Notes: a model not told the origin generated them from the letters alone. A stretch of DNA of 64,000 nt from Gemmatimonadota bacterium (GCA_034521595.1 JAXHMG010000003.1:1568001-1632000), one strand, 5' to 3'; positions 1 to 10,299 are shown, counted from the stretch's first letter. Numbers and translations are program-made.

Positions 1-456
1 TGGCAGACCTTCCACTTCATTCAAATCCAGGCGAGCCGGCGGAATCTCCTGCAACGGCGCACCCTCTTCGGGAGCGGCCTCCGGCACCGGCTCGTGGACG
101 GACGCACGACGTTCGACCTGGGCACGGGCGTGATGCACGAGCGGGAAAACCTAGACCAAGGGAGAATCGTGGATGGGCACTCCGCCCGCGCCAGAGTGTG
201 GCGGATGGCGAACCTGATCGTGGGAACCCAGCGACTCAGCGAATCGCTTCGGCTCGTCGGAGTCTCCTATATCCAGCCGGCCTTCTCCGACTTCGGTGAC
301 CTGCGCACGCTCACCGACCTCTCGCTCCAAATCGCGCTGACGACACAGGTGGACCTGACCATCCACGGAGAATGGCGCCACGACAGTCGGCCTCCGAGCG
401 GAGTGGACAGGGACGATTTCCTCCTGAGCACGGGGTTCGCCTTCACGCTCAGGTGA
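1..456 (+). CDS. DUF481-like outer-membrane beta-barrel protein, 5'-truncated by the window edge
   Basis: Frame is open from base 1 (WQTFHFIQIQ...RRTLFGSGLRHRL). YIQPAFSDFGDLR and HDSRPPSGV segments, amphipathic strands, ends GFAFTLR. Confidence 0.6.
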   Translation, partial: WQTFHFIQIQASRRNLLQRRTLFGSGLRHRLVDGRTTFDLGTGVMHERENLDQGRIVDGHSARARVWRMANLIVGTQRLSESLRLVGVSYIQPAFSDFGDLRTLTDLSLQIALTTQVDLTIHGEWRHDSRPPSGVDRDDFLLSTGFAFTLR

Positions 457-461
457 CCCCG

Positions 462-1271
462 TCACAACAGCTCGTTTCTCCTCAGAAAGTCCAGCACCTC
501 GTCCACGGCCTCCGGCCACACCGAGAGGCAGTCGTTGTGTCCGCAGGCGAGCGGCACCACGTCGAGCCCTTCCCGTGCAGCCGCGATTCGCTCGGCGTGC
601 CGGTACGGCAGGACTTCATCACGGATCCCGTGCATGAGGAGCACAGGGCCGGGGTAGCGGCGGACGGCACTCTGGTTGTCGAAGTCGTCCCGCACCACCG
701 GGGAGGGAACCTTGAACGAGCGCCAAGCGATGTCGGCCGCCGAGCTGAACGTGGACATGAGCACGAGCGCGTCCACGGGCCGTGACAGCGCGAGATCTGC
801 GGCCGCACCGCCGCCGAGCGAGCGCCCCATGGCCACGATCGGCGCACCGTCACGGCCCGGACCGTCCCGCAACCAGTCGAATGCTTTCTCGAATGCGTCC
901 TTGATCGTGCGACGCGACGGACGTCCCTCGGAGCGCCCGTACCCCGGAAGCTCGACGAGAAGCACGGAGACGCCCGCCTGCCGGAATCGCTCCATCGGAA
1001 CGCCCCAATCGTCGATCAGCTCGGCGTTCCCGTGCGCGAAAATCACGGTCGGCGACGACGGAGAGGCCTCGAGCAGCCATGCTTCGACCCTTCCTGAAGA
1101 AGCGTTCAGCCAGGTCCGCTCAATTCCGGCCGGCGGGGGATCGGTGGCGGCTCGCGGGGGCTCCAACGCCGCTCCCGGGAACACCATGACGCGCTGCAGC
1201 AGAAAGACCACCACGAGGTACCCGACGTAGCCCAGAACGGCGAGGCGTGCGAGCACCCAGAGGGTCTGCAT
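462..1271 (-). CDS. Alpha/beta hydrolase with N-terminal membrane anchor
   Basis: HGNAE, GYGRS, nucleophile elbow GRSLGG, HGIRDEV, GHND. Confidence 0.85.
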   Translation of the reverse strand: MQTLWVLARLAVLGYVGYLVVVFLLQRVMVFPGAALEPPRAATDPPPAGIERTWLNASSGRVEAWLLEASPSSPTVIFAHGNAELIDDWGVPMERFRQAGVSVLLVELPGYGRSEGRPSRRTIKDAFEKAFDWLRDGPGRDGAPIVAMGRSLGGGAAADLALSRPVDALVLMSTFSSAADIAWRSFKVPSPVVRDDFDNQSAVRRYPGPVLLMHGIRDEVLPYRHAERIAAAREGLDVVPLACGHNDCLSVWPEAVDEVLDFLRRNELL

Positions 1272-1315
1272 CGAGATTCTCCTTGGTGTTCGGGACGGAA
1301 TGCTAAGATTACCCC

Positions 1316-1972
1316 ATGAAACCCGAACGCTTCCACCGCCTCCGCGAAGTCCTCAGGCGTCGCCAACCCGATCTCACGGTCCTCATGGACCGGGTGCACA
1401 AGCCCCACAACGTGTCCGCGATCCTGCGCAACTGCGACGCCACCGGCGTGCTCGACGTGCACGTGGTCCCGCCCGACGGTGGCCTCGACCTGCACCACCA
1501 CACGTCCGCCGGGACGAAGAAATGGGTCGGCGTGCAGCGCCATCCTCACATCGGCGAGGCCAGCCGACATCTCGAGGGCAGCGGCTTCCACCTCGTCGCG
1601 GCGCATCCAGGACCGAACGCCGTGGACTTTCGAGCGTTCGACTTCACCGTCCCCACGGCGATCGTCATGGGCGCGGAGCTCCACGGCGTCTCCGATGAAG
1701 CGCTCGAGGCGGCCGATACGCACGTGGTCATTCCCATGCTCGGCATGGTCCACTCACTCAACGTCTCGGTGGCCACCGCGCTCCTCCTCTACGAAGCGAT
1801 GCGGCAGCGCGAGGTGGCGGGCATGTACGAGGAAAGCAGGCTCGGCCCGGATGCGTTTCGGACGCGGCTCTTCGAGTGGGCCTATCCCGGCATCGCGCGC
1901 CGTCTCCGCGAGGCCGGCCGAACCTACCCGGCCCTGGACGAAGACGGGACGATTCTGCGCGACCGCGGCTAA
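1316..1972 (+). CDS. trmH: tRNA (guanosine(18)-2'-O)-methyltransferase
   Basis: SPOUT motifs RRQPDLTVLMDRVHKPHNVSAILR, MGAELHG, IPMLGMVHSLNVSVA. Confidence 0.92.
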   Translation: MKPERFHRLREVLRRRQPDLTVLMDRVHKPHNVSAILRNCDATGVLDVHVVPPDGGLDLHHHTSAGTKKWVGVQRHPHIGEASRHLEGSGFHLVAAHPGPNAVDFRAFDFTVPTAIVMGAELHGVSDEALEAADTHVVIPMLGMVHSLNVSVATALLLYEAMRQREVAGMYEESRLGPDAFRTRLFEWAYPGIARRLREAGRTYPALDEDGTILRDRG

Positions 1973-1990
1973 CCGCCCTACTGGATCCTG

Positions 1991-3376
1991 TTAACGCTCC
2001 GTCCCGCGTCCGAGCTGGAAGCGGAGCGACTCTTCGAGCCCTTCGAAGGCGAATCGGAAGCCGCGCTCGCTCAGTTTCCCGGGGAGCACACGCTGTCCGT
2101 GCAGCAGCAGCTCCTCGGCCATCTCGCCGAACGCGGCTTTGAGGGCCAAGGCCGGTACAGGGATGAAGGTCGGCCTCCCGAGTACGCGCCCCAGCGTCGA
2201 CGTGAAGGTCGCGTTGGTGACCGGGTTGGGCGCCGTCGCGTTGACCGGCCCGCTCAATCCCTCGTCGTGCAGGGCATGAACGATCGCTGCCACGTGATCG
2301 TCGAGGTCGATCCAACTCATGTACTGGGATCCGGTGCCGAGCCGCCCCCCCACCCCCAGCTTGAACGGGAGGAGCATCTGGCCGAGCGCACCTCCAGCGG
2401 GCGAGAGCACCATGCCGGTGCGGAGGCGCACGACGCGAACACCGGTCCGTTCCGCGGGACGTGCGGCGGCCTCCCATTGCCGGCACACCTCGGCCATGAA
2501 GCCCTCACCGGTCGAGGCACCTTCGCGGAGGAGCTCCGTGCCCCGGCTGCCGTAGAAGTGCACCCCGGAAGCCGATACCAGAGTACGCGGTCCCTCGTTC
2601 ATCTCCGCAAGCGCTTCCGCCAGGAGTCGGGTGCCGTGGACACGGCTCTCGAGGATCGATCGCTTCCGGGCCTCGCTCCAGCGCCCTGGCGCCACCGGGG
2701 CGCCCGCGAGGTGCACGACGGCATCGGCGCGCGCGAGTCCCTCCCGATCGATCTCTCCCTCGCTCGGATTCCAGTAGACCGTCCCTTCCTCGACCTCTTC
2801 CTCCCGGCGGACCAAGCGAATCACGCGATGTCCTCCGGTCGTGAGGAAGTGAGCGAGGTTCGATCCAATGAGACCGGAGGCCCCGGATATGGCCACGGTC
2901 AGTCGTGGGCCTCCCACGTGCTCCGCGTGCCGCGCCAGGTCTTCCGCGAGACGCCGGTAACGAAACGCGAAGAGGCGGTCGAGCTCCCGCTCGACCATGG
3001 AGGGGAGCACCGTTTCTCCCGCGACGCCCAGAGGCGGCTCCATCTCGATCTCGTCTTCCAGCACGGTCCCGCCCGTTTCATCGGGACGGAACCGGTGGAT
3101 GTGCCGCCAGCGCTTCATCGGTCCCGCGACCTGTTCGTCCGTGAATTGGCGGCCCTCGAGGAAGTCGGTGTGTCGGAGGTGCCACCCGACGCGCGTGGGG
3201 CCCTTGCGGATCTCGAGCTCGACCTCACCGCCTTCCTCGATTCCCCCTCGCCGACGTACGACCCGCGCGTCGACCCAGGGGGGCGTGAGACGCTCGAGAG
3301 CTCCCGGGCGCTGGTGCCACGCGAATACTTCCTCGGGGGAACGCTCCGGCAGGGTCGAACGGTAGGTGAGCTTCAT
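1991..3376 (-). CDS. TIGR01777-family NAD-dependent epimerase with N-terminal SRPBCC domain
   Basis: N-terminal VFAWHQRPGALERLTPPW...FTDEQVAGPMKRWRHIH; GASGLIG; VVHLAG; GQYMSWI-like motif. Start placed at ATG 3376, overlapping the kinase stop. Confidence 0.85.
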   Translation of the reverse strand: MKLTYRSTLPERSPEEVFAWHQRPGALERLTPPWVDARVVRRRGGIEEGGEVELEIRKGPTRVGWHLRHTDFLEGRQFTDEQVAGPMKRWRHIHRFRPDETGGTVLEDEIEMEPPLGVAGETVLPSMVERELDRLFAFRYRRLAEDLARHAEHVGGPRLTVAISGASGLIGSNLAHFLTTGGHRVIRLVRREEEVEEGTVYWNPSEGEIDREGLARADAVVHLAGAPVAPGRWSEARKRSILESRVHGTRLLAEALAEMNEGPRTLVSASGVHFYGSRGTELLREGASTGEGFMAEVCRQWEAAARPAERTGVRVVRLRTGMVLSPAGGALGQMLLPFKLGVGGRLGTGSQYMSWIDLDDHVAAIVHALHDEGLSGPVNATAPNPVTNATFTSTLGRVLGRPTFIPVPALALKAAFGEMAEELLLHGQRVLPGKLSERGFRFAFEGLEESLRFQLGRGTER

Positions 3377-6300
3377 CGACCGGCTTCCTCGATATCGAAG
3401 GAGGGAAAGATCTTTTCGAGCACGGCCCCGAGCTGCTCGTGGAGCGCCTGTTCGGGCACCACGACCGTGGACAGGCTCTCGAGCTCCGCACGCACCTGGG
3501 GCGGCACTCCCGGTCCGGCCCAAGCGATGACGGGCAAGCCCTGATGCGCGCGGTCTTCCCGGATCCGCTTCAGCATCTTGACCGCTCCGACGCGTGGCGA
3601 GGTCGCGTCGAGGAGCATCGCGTCCGGCACTTCGAGCCGAAGCTCCTCGAGTGCCTCGGGGCCGTCGGGCGTGGTGAACACCTCGAGACCCTTGTCCTTC
3701 AAGAAGTGCGTCACGCGGTCTCGTCGCTCACCCGGCTCCGCTACGACGAGGACGCGTCCGCCGGCCTTGCGCACCAGATGACGCCAGACGACCCGCAGCA
3801 AGTCGTCCCGTTCGAACGGCTTGGTGATAAGGTCCACGGCGCCCAGCAGCCGGCCCCGCTCCTCGCTCGCCACGACGCTGATGATCACCACCGGAATCCG
3901 CCGTAGGTCCGGATCGGCCTTGAGCTGCTTCAAGGTCTCCCAGCCGTTCAGGCCCGGCATGAGGAGATCCAGAGTGATGAGATCCGGCCGGTGTTCCCGC
4001 GCGGCCGCGAGCCCCTCTTCACCGCCGGAGGCGGTGAGGACCTCGCAGCCGAATTCTTCCAGATAGTGATGCGCCAGCACCCGTGAATCGCGCTCGTCGT
4101 CCACGACGAGGACCTTGAACCCCCGCAAGGCAGCCGACTTCGTGGCCGCTCCGTCCCCGACCGCCTCGTGGCGCGACGGACCTTCCGGACGCTGCTGTCC
4201 GGCCGCGGCGGCCGCGAAGTCCTCCGCGGTCGCTGGCGCTTCCTCGGCCGCGAGCTGCTCCGACTCCGGCTCGGGCTCGTCCTCGCGCACCGGCTTCTCG
4301 GCCCGCTCACCGAGCACGATGCGGAACGTCGATCCCTCACCGACCTCCGATTCGACGATGAGATCGTAGCCCATGAGCAGACAGATCGAACGGGAGAGCG
4401 CCAACCCGAGCCCCGTGCCTCCGTACTTCCGAGACGTTCCGGCCTGCGCCTGCTGGAAGGCCTGAAAGATCGCCTCGAGCCGGTCGTCGGGAATACCGAT
4501 GCCCGTGTCCACGACCGCGATCCCGGTCGGCGTACGCCCGTCCGGGGCCGTTTCGAGACGGACCGTGACGGATCCTTCCTCGGTGAATTTCAGGGCATTG
4601 CCGATCAGGTTGATGATCACCTGTTTCAGCTTGGCCGAGTCGGTGCTCACCCGCTCGACCTCGTCGGGCACGTCCGTGAGCAAACGCACTGCCCCTTCTT
4701 TGGTCTTCGCCTGTCCTTCGAGCTGCTGGACGGTCTCGACGCAGAGCTCCGAGAGGTCGACGTCCTCGATGACCAGCTCCATCCGGCCCGCCTCGACCTT
4801 GGCGAGATCCAGGACCTCGTTGATCAGCGCGAGTAGGTGGGTCCCGTTCGAGAGGACGCGTTGAAGGAAGCCGATATCCTTCTCACTGAGATGACCGTCC
4901 TTGTTCTTCAGGAGGATGTTGGTGAACCCGATCACGGAGTTGAGCGGCGTCCGAAGCTCGTGGCTCATATTCGCCAGAAAGTCGCTCTTGGCCTTGTTCG
5001 CGGCCTCCGCTTCGTCCTTGGCCACCCGCAAGGCTTCCTCGGCCCGCACGCGCGGAGTGACGTCCTTCCCGAAGAACACCGCGCCCGACACTCCTTCGAG
5101 GGACTGGATCGGGTTCGCGTACAGCTCGAAGTAGCGGAGCTGTCCGTCCACCTCGTCGGTACGCAGCGCGACGTGACGCTCGCCGGAGAGGGTGCGCTCG
5201 TAGAGCGCCTCGTACCAGGTGAGATCCTCCTCGGGAAAGAGCTCCTCCGGGAGCCTCCCGACTTCGGGCTCCTGCCCGCTCCGGGCTTCCATGGCGAGCG
5301 CGAAGGCGGAGTTGTAGGTGATCAACCGGTGATCCCGATCCACCGACCAGATGGAGTCTCCGGTGTTCTCGACGAGCGCGCCCAGGTTCGCTCGGGACTC
5401 GGCGAGCTGTCGCTCCGCGAGTCGTTGTTCCGTGACGTCCCGCAGGATGCCCTGGGTCGCGACCGGCTCACCGTCCACGAGCTGCGCCTGTGCGCTCCCC
5501 GAAAGGATCACGACCCGCCCGTCGGCCGCGAAGTACTCCACGTTGAACCTCTGCGACGGCTCCCCGTTCAACACCCGATCGAACTCCTCACGCAGGGCAT
5601 CACGGTGCTCGGGCCGCACGATTTCGAAGAGGTCGAGCCTGTCGAGCGCATCGTCGTCGTAACCGAGGACCCGCTTCCACGCGCTGTTCACGTAGAGGAT
5701 GCGCCCTTCACGCGTGACGCTCTGGATCAGGTCGTTGGCGTTGTCGAGGAATTCCTGGAGTCGTTGGTTGCTCTCGGTGACCGCCTGCTCGGTGCGAGCC
5801 CGCTCCGCGATCTCACGTGCGAGGGCCTTGTTGCTCTCCGTGAAGGCACCGAGCACCTGCCCCTCGCGCCGGAACGTCACGTACACACTGGAGAGGAGGC
5901 CCGTGAGGATGGCCACGTGCGACGCGATCTTGAGCAGATGGGCCGCATCGTACATCGCGTCGAAGCGCTGGTACGAGAACGCCATGAATCCCGCGTGCAC
6001 CAGCGCCGAGATCAGAAGCGAGACGAGCAACCAGTGATCGAAGACGTCGCGCCGCCAACTCTTCTTGCCCAGGAACCCGACGAAGGCCAGCACGAAGAAG
6101 AGCGCGGGGAGGAACTCCCCCGGGCGCGTGATCAACCGATTCGGGAACGTCAGCGACGACAGGGGAACGTTCTCGAAGAACAACAAGTTGAGGAGCGTGA
6201 GCGCGAGCGCGCTCCCGTATACCGAGACCTCGTTTATGGCCAGATCCGCGGTGTCGTCCTCTTCCGAGCGCACCTCCTGACGCCACGCCAACAGGCTCAC

Positions 6301-6735
6301 GAACAGAAACAGCGACAGGAACACGCGCTCGGCGGTCCAACTCCACGCGAACAGAGTCGTCTCGTTCACGCCCGGGTGGCGGCCCGCGAGGGTGTCGATC
6401 AGGGCCTCGCTCGTGATGAGCGTATGGTTGAGGTTCAGGATCGCCGCCCCGAGGAACCCCGTGCCGATGAGCAGGAAGGTCGCCTGCTTGCGGCTGTAAT
6501 AACGGACCAGCGCCAACCCGCCGATGATCGCGGCGAGCACGGTCGAGATCGACTCCATGACCGTGTGTGCCGTCGGACCGGTGGCCCAAACCAGGTTCTC
6601 GCGTAGCAGGAACGCCCCGGCGAGGAGTAGCCCGAACAGCAGGGCATACAAACGGACCCGCTCGCGACCCCGGTCGGGGCCCGCGAGGCTGTCCTCGGTG
6701 ATCGGGGACGCGGCCGTCGCGCCTTCCCCGGTCAC
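3373..6735 (-). CDS. Hybrid sensor histidine kinase (membrane sensor, probably MASE3-like; two PAS; HisKA; HATPase; two receiver domains)
   Basis: About 7 TM segments; FLANMSHELRTPLN H-box; NLIGNALKFT; DTGIGI; GGTGLGL; LITLDLLMP receiver. Likely GTG start at 6735. Confidence 0.9.
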   Translation of the reverse strand: MTGEGATAASPITEDSLAGPDRGRERVRLYALLFGLLLAGAFLLRENLVWATGPTAHTVMESISTVLAAIIGGLALVRYYSRKQATFLLIGTGFLGAAILNLNHTLITSEALIDTLAGRHPGVNETTLFAWSWTAERVFLSLFLFVSLLAWRQEVRSEEDDTADLAINEVSVYGSALALTLLNLLFFENVPLSSLTFPNRLITRPGEFLPALFFVLAFVGFLGKKSWRRDVFDHWLLVSLLISALVHAGFMAFSYQRFDAMYDAAHLLKIASHVAILTGLLSSVYVTFRREGQVLGAFTESNKALAREIAERARTEQAVTESNQRLQEFLDNANDLIQSVTREGRILYVNSAWKRVLGYDDDALDRLDLFEIVRPEHRDALREEFDRVLNGEPSQRFNVEYFAADGRVVILSGSAQAQLVDGEPVATQGILRDVTEQRLAERQLAESRANLGALVENTGDSIWSVDRDHRLITYNSAFALAMEARSGQEPEVGRLPEELFPEEDLTWYEALYERTLSGERHVALRTDEVDGQLRYFELYANPIQSLEGVSGAVFFGKDVTPRVRAEEALRVAKDEAEAANKAKSDFLANMSHELRTPLNSVIGFTNILLKNKDGHLSEKDIGFLQRVLSNGTHLLALINEVLDLAKVEAGRMELVIEDVDLSELCVETVQQLEGQAKTKEGAVRLLTDVPDEVERVSTDSAKLKQVIINLIGNALKFTEEGSVTVRLETAPDGRTPTGIAVVDTGIGIPDDRLEAIFQAFQQAQAGTSRKYGGTGLGLALSRSICLLMGYDLIVESEVGEGSTFRIVLGERAEKPVREDEPEPESEQLAAEEAPATAEDFAAAAAGQQRPEGPSRHEAVGDGAATKSAALRGFKVLVVDDERDSRVLAHHYLEEFGCEVLTASGGEEGLAAAREHRPDLITLDLLMPGLNGWETLKQLKADPDLRRIPVVIISVVASEERGRLLGAVDLITKPFERDDLLRVVWRHLVRKAGGRVLVVAEPGERRDRVTHFLKDKGLEVFTTPDGPEALEELRLEVPDAMLLDATSPRVGAVKMLKRIREDRAHQGLPVIAWAGPGVPPQVRAELESLSTVVVPEQALHEQLGAVLEKIFPSFDIEEAGR

Positions 6736-6743
6736 ATCGGGCG

Positions 6744-7118
6744 TCAGTCGGTCGGGGTCAGCCAACGTTCGATGGCCGCGATGAGCACGTCCTCGTCGAC
6801 GATCGGCTTCGTCACGTAATCGTTGAAGCCCGCCGCGAGGTACTTCTCGCGGTCTCCGGCCATGGCGTGAGCGGTCAGCGCGATGACCGGGACGCTCTCG
6901 AGCCCGTCTTGCTCGCGGATCCACGCGAGCACCTCGGTCCCGTCCATCTCCGGAAGAGAGATATCGAGCAGGATGAGGTCGGGTCCATCGTCCACGAGCC
7001 CTTCGACCGCCTGCACGCCCGACTCGTACTCCGAAATCTCGTACTGGTCCTCGAGCAGGGCCTGCACGAGCATGCGGTTGTCGGGGTTGTCCTCGACGAC
7101 GGCCACTTTACGACTCAT
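6744..7118 (-). CDS. Single-domain response regulator (CheY/DivK-like)
   Basis: VVEDN, LLDISLPEMDG, ALTAHAMAGD, YVTKP. Confidence 0.9.
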   Translation of the reverse strand: MSRKVAVVEDNPDNRMLVQALLEDQYEISEYESGVQAVEGLVDDGPDLILLDISLPEMDGTEVLAWIREQDGLESVPVIALTAHAMAGDREKYLAAGFNDYVTKPIVDEDVLIAAIERWLTPTD

Positions 7119-7473
7119 TCGAAATTCCTCGTTCAATCGATTCAAGTTCTTCTACGGCCGCCGCGAACGCCACCTCGAGCTCGGGTAGCTGGTCGACCAC
7201 GGGCTCCATCTCTCCGTTCGCCGCCGCCGATTCGATCGCCGCGGCCAGCGCCCGCACCCGCTCGGCTCCGAGATTCGCGGCGCTGGACTTGAGGGAGTGC
7301 GCCCCCATCTCGGCCTCTCGCACTTCCTCACCGCTCACTCCGGTCCGGATCTGTTCGACACGCTCCCCGGCGTTGGAGATGAACAGGCGGATCATCTGCG
7401 CCACCAGCTTGTCTCCACCCCACTCCCGCAGACGGTCGAGCGCTTGTGGGTCGATCGTCGTTGCCTGGCTCAT
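7108..7473 (-). CDS. Hpt phosphotransfer protein
   Basis: AHSLKSSAANLGA motif; ATG 7473 overlaps the rpe stop. Confidence 0.88.
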   Translation of the reverse strand: MSQATTIDPQALDRLREWGGDKLVAQMIRLFISNAGERVEQIRTGVSGEEVREAEMGAHSLKSSAANLGAERVRALAAAIESAAANGEMEPVVDQLPELEVAFAAAVEELESIERGISNES

Positions 7474-8126
7474 CGTTCCCTCGTGTTTCGGATGGCTTGG
7501 ATGCCGGCAGCCGGCCCCTGCGCGTGCCCGTACACCGCGGACCCCGCGACGAGCACGGACGCGCCGGCGCGAACGAGCGCTCCCGCGTTCGAAGCGTCGA
7601 CCCCGCCGTCCACTTCGACGTACGCCGTGGACTGCGCTGCTTCGAGCATGCGTCGGGCCCTCGTGACCTTGTCGATGCTTCGGGGAATGAAGGCCTGACC
7701 CCCGAATCCGGGATTCACGGACATCACGAGCAACAAATCGATGTCCTCCGCCACTTCCTCGACAGCCCCGAGCGGTGTGGCCGGGTTCAGCGCGACTCCC
7801 GCCTTCACGCCGAGTTGGCGGATGCGTTGGAGGGTCCGGTGCAGGTGGGTGCAGGCTTCCGCATGGACCGTGAGCACGTCGGCGCCCGCTTCGACGAAGG
7901 CCTCGAGGTAACGATCCGGGTCCTCGATCATCAGATGCACATCGAGCGGGAGGGTCGTGGCCGCGCGAGCCCCCGCGACGACGACCGGTCCGATCGTGAG
8001 GTTGGGCACGAAGTGACCGTCCATCACGTCCACGTGGATCCAGTCGGCCCCACCGTCCTCGGCGGCGCCGACCTCGTCGGCGAGACGACCGAAGTCGCTC
8101 GAGAGAATCGACGGCGCGATCTTCAC
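7470..8126 (-). CDS. rpe: Ribulose-phosphate 3-epimerase
   Basis: IAPSILSSDF, HVDVMDGHFVPNLTIG, MSVNPGFGGQ, EVDGG. Confidence 0.96.
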   Translation of the reverse strand: MKIAPSILSSDFGRLADEVGAAEDGGADWIHVDVMDGHFVPNLTIGPVVVAGARAATTLPLDVHLMIEDPDRYLEAFVEAGADVLTVHAEACTHLHRTLQRIRQLGVKAGVALNPATPLGAVEEVAEDIDLLLVMSVNPGFGGQAFIPRSIDKVTRARRMLEAAQSTAYVEVDGGVDASNAGALVRAGASVLVAGSAVYGHAQGPAAGIQAIRNTRER

Positions 8127-8815
8127 GGGGTCCTCCGAAGAACCCGCACACCGTCCGCGGACGCGATCATGGCTTCATCCGCGATGCCGAGAAAGAGTCC
8201 CGTGTCGACGATGCCGGCCCGGCTTTGGAGGGCCGCTTCGATCCCCGCCGGATCCTCGATTCCGTCCGCGAAAACACAGTCCAGGATCAGGTGTCCGTTG
8301 TCGCTCGAGAACGACGTACCGTCGGGCCCGGCGCGCACGGACACGCGCGCACCCATCGACTCGAGCACGCGCACGTGCGACTCGTGCCCCCACCCGACGA
8401 CCTCGACCGGAAGCGGCGAGCGAGTTCCGAGCCGGGACACCTCCTTGCCGTCATCCACGATGATGAGCACGTGCCGGGCGGCCTGGGCAACCATCTTTTC
8501 GCGCAGGAGCGCTCCGCCCATCCCCTTCACGAGGTTCACGGCGGGATCGACCTCGTCCGCGCCGTCCACGGCCAGATCCAGCGTGGCTTGGGCCGCGAGC
8601 GTCGTGAGCGGGATCCCCAATCGTCCCGCTTGGGCTTCGGTCCAACGCGACGTCGGAACCCCCGATACGTCGTCGAGGGCGCCCGAGGCGATGCGTCGGC
8701 CGAGCAGCTCGAGGAAGTGCGCGACGGTGCTTCCGGTGCCGAGACCGAGCACCATGCCGCTCTGCACACGGTCGACCGCGTGCTCTGCGGCCCTCCGCTT
8801 CAAATCTTCGGCCAT
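8123..8815 (-). CDS. rpiA: Ribose-5-phosphate isomerase A
   Basis: GLGTGST, DGADEVD, KGMGGALLREK, SDNG. Confidence 0.95.
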   Translation of the reverse strand: MAEDLKRRAAEHAVDRVQSGMVLGLGTGSTVAHFLELLGRRIASGALDDVSGVPTSRWTEAQAGRLGIPLTTLAAQATLDLAVDGADEVDPAVNLVKGMGGALLREKMVAQAARHVLIIVDDGKEVSRLGTRSPLPVEVVGWGHESHVRVLESMGARVSVRAGPDGTSFSSDNGHLILDCVFADGIEDPAGIEAALQSRAGIVDTGLFLGIADEAMIASADGVRVLRRTP

Positions 8816-8991
8816 GACGGGATCCATAGGTCGGGCGAACTCCCCGGAAATATCGAGAATGGTGGAGCCACGCCGCACTCCCACCGCCAGGCGGGAATCG
8901 ACGCATGAAACCTCGCAATGTACCGACGTGTCCCGAGGCTTTCCAGCCGACGCGAACAGTCCCTCCGTCGTCGGGACCATCCGGCGCGGTC

Positions 8992-9021
8992 TTGACACGG
9001 GTACAGGCGTCCGGCGATGAT
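8992..9021 (+). promoter_or_regulatory. Putative sigma70-type promoter of the aroF leader
   Basis: TTGACA (8992-8997), 18-nt spacer, GATGAT (9016-9021), then 6 nt to the leader ATG at 9028. Confidence 0.55.
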
Positions 9022-9027
9022 AGCATT

Positions 9028-9087
9028 ATGAATCGCGCACATCGGACCGGTTACTGGTATTATCCGCTGCCCCCATCCTGGGAGTAG
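9028..9087 (+). CDS. Tyr/Trp-rich attenuator leader peptide MNRAHRTGYWYYPLPPSWE
   Basis: TAC TGG TAT TAT cluster plus a later TGG; lies between the promoter and a terminator upstream of DAHP synthase. Confidence 0.8.
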   Translation: MNRAHRTGYWYYPLPPSWE

Positions 9088-9132
9088 GCGGTTTCGTGCG
9101 CGACTGATCCACAGTCTTCCACAGAAGCCTCG

Positions 9133-9162
9133 AAGCTCCCGACCTCGTCGGGGGCTTTTTTT
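9133..9162 (+). terminator. Intrinsic terminator (attenuator) upstream of aroF
   Basis: AAGCTCCCGAC-CTC-GTCGGGGGCTT stem; T-run 9156-9162. Confidence 0.85.
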
Positions 9163-9210
9163 GTGCTCCCATCGGGGCCGGAATCGTGGCCAACTCATCC
9201 GGATAAATCC

Positions 9211-10269
9211 ATGATCATCGTGACCTCCAGCGGCGCCACCGACGCCCAGATCGACCACATCCGCGAGCGGGTCGAAGCGGCGGGCCTTCGCACGCACCTA
9301 TCCCGTGGCGAGCACCGAACCGTCATCGGCTGCGTGGGTGACGAATCGCTCCTGCAAAGCCTTCCGCTCCTCTCGATTCCCGGGGTGGAAACCGTCCACC
9401 CGGTCCTGAAGCCCTACAAGCTGGCCTCGCGCGAGTTCGCGGCCGAGATGACGCGCATCCCCCTCGGCTCGGCCGAGTTGGGCGGACCCGAGATCGTCGT
9501 GATCGCAGGACCGTGTTCCGTGGAGGGCCCCGAAATGTTGGCGGAGACGGCCGAGCGGGTGAGCAAGGCTGGCGCTCGGGCTCTGCGGGGAGGCGCGTTC
9601 AAGCCCCGGACCTCCCCCTACTCTTTCCAGGGACTGGGAGAGCAAGGACTCGAGATCCTCGCGGACGTGCGCAAGCAGACCGGCCTGCCGGTCGTCACGG
9701 AGGTCATGGACCCGCGTCAGGTCGAGGTCGTGGCCTCGCACGCCGACGTGCTGCAGATCGGCGCACGCAACATGCAGAACTTTCCGCTCCTCTCCGAAGT
9801 CGGCCGACTCCGTCGGCCCGTGCTCCTCAAGCGCGGCCTGTCCGCCACGCTCAAGGACCTGTTGCTCGCGGCCGAGTACGTGATGAGCCAGGGGAACCCG
9901 AACGTCATCCTGTGCGAGCGAGGCATCCGGACGTTCGGGACCGACACCCGCAATACCTTCGATGTCGCCGCCATACCGGTGCTCAAGGAGGAAACGCACC
10001 TGCCGGTCATCGCGGACCCGTCACACGCCGCCGGGCGAAGCCATCTCGTGCCCGCGCTGAGCTACGCGGCCGTGGCGGCCGGGGCGGACGGACTCATGAT
10101 CGAGGTGCACCCCGATCCGGAGAACGCGGTCTCGGACGGAGAACAGTCGCTGGACTTCGACGCGTTCGACTCGTTGATGGAAGGGTTGCGTCCGTTCGTG
10201 GACGCCGCGGGACGCGTATTCGCCGAAGGCGCCGAGTCCGGGCGCTCGTCCGTATCCTCATCCTCCTGA
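9211..10269 (+). CDS. aroF: DAHP synthase, type I-beta, with N-terminal regulatory domain
   Basis: [48 protein letters not shown]. Confidence 0.95.
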   Translation: MIIVTSSGATDAQIDHIRERVEAAGLRTHLSRGEHRTVIGCVGDESLLQSLPLLSIPGVETVHPVLKPYKLASREFAAEMTRIPLGSAELGGPEIVVIAGPCSVEGPEMLAETAERVSKAGARALRGGAFKPRTSPYSFQGLGEQGLEILADVRKQTGLPVVTEVMDPRQVEVVASHADVLQIGARNMQNFPLLSEVGRLRRPVLLKRGLSATLKDLLLAAEYVMSQGNPNVILCERGIRTFGTDTRNTFDVAAIPVLKEETHLPVIADPSHAAGRSHLVPALSYAAVAAGADGLMIEVHPDPENAVSDGEQSLDFDAFDSLMEGLRPFVDAAGRVFAEGAESGRSSVSSSS

Positions 10270-10299
10270 CCGCCGGCCGGAGGACGCGGCCTACCGGCC

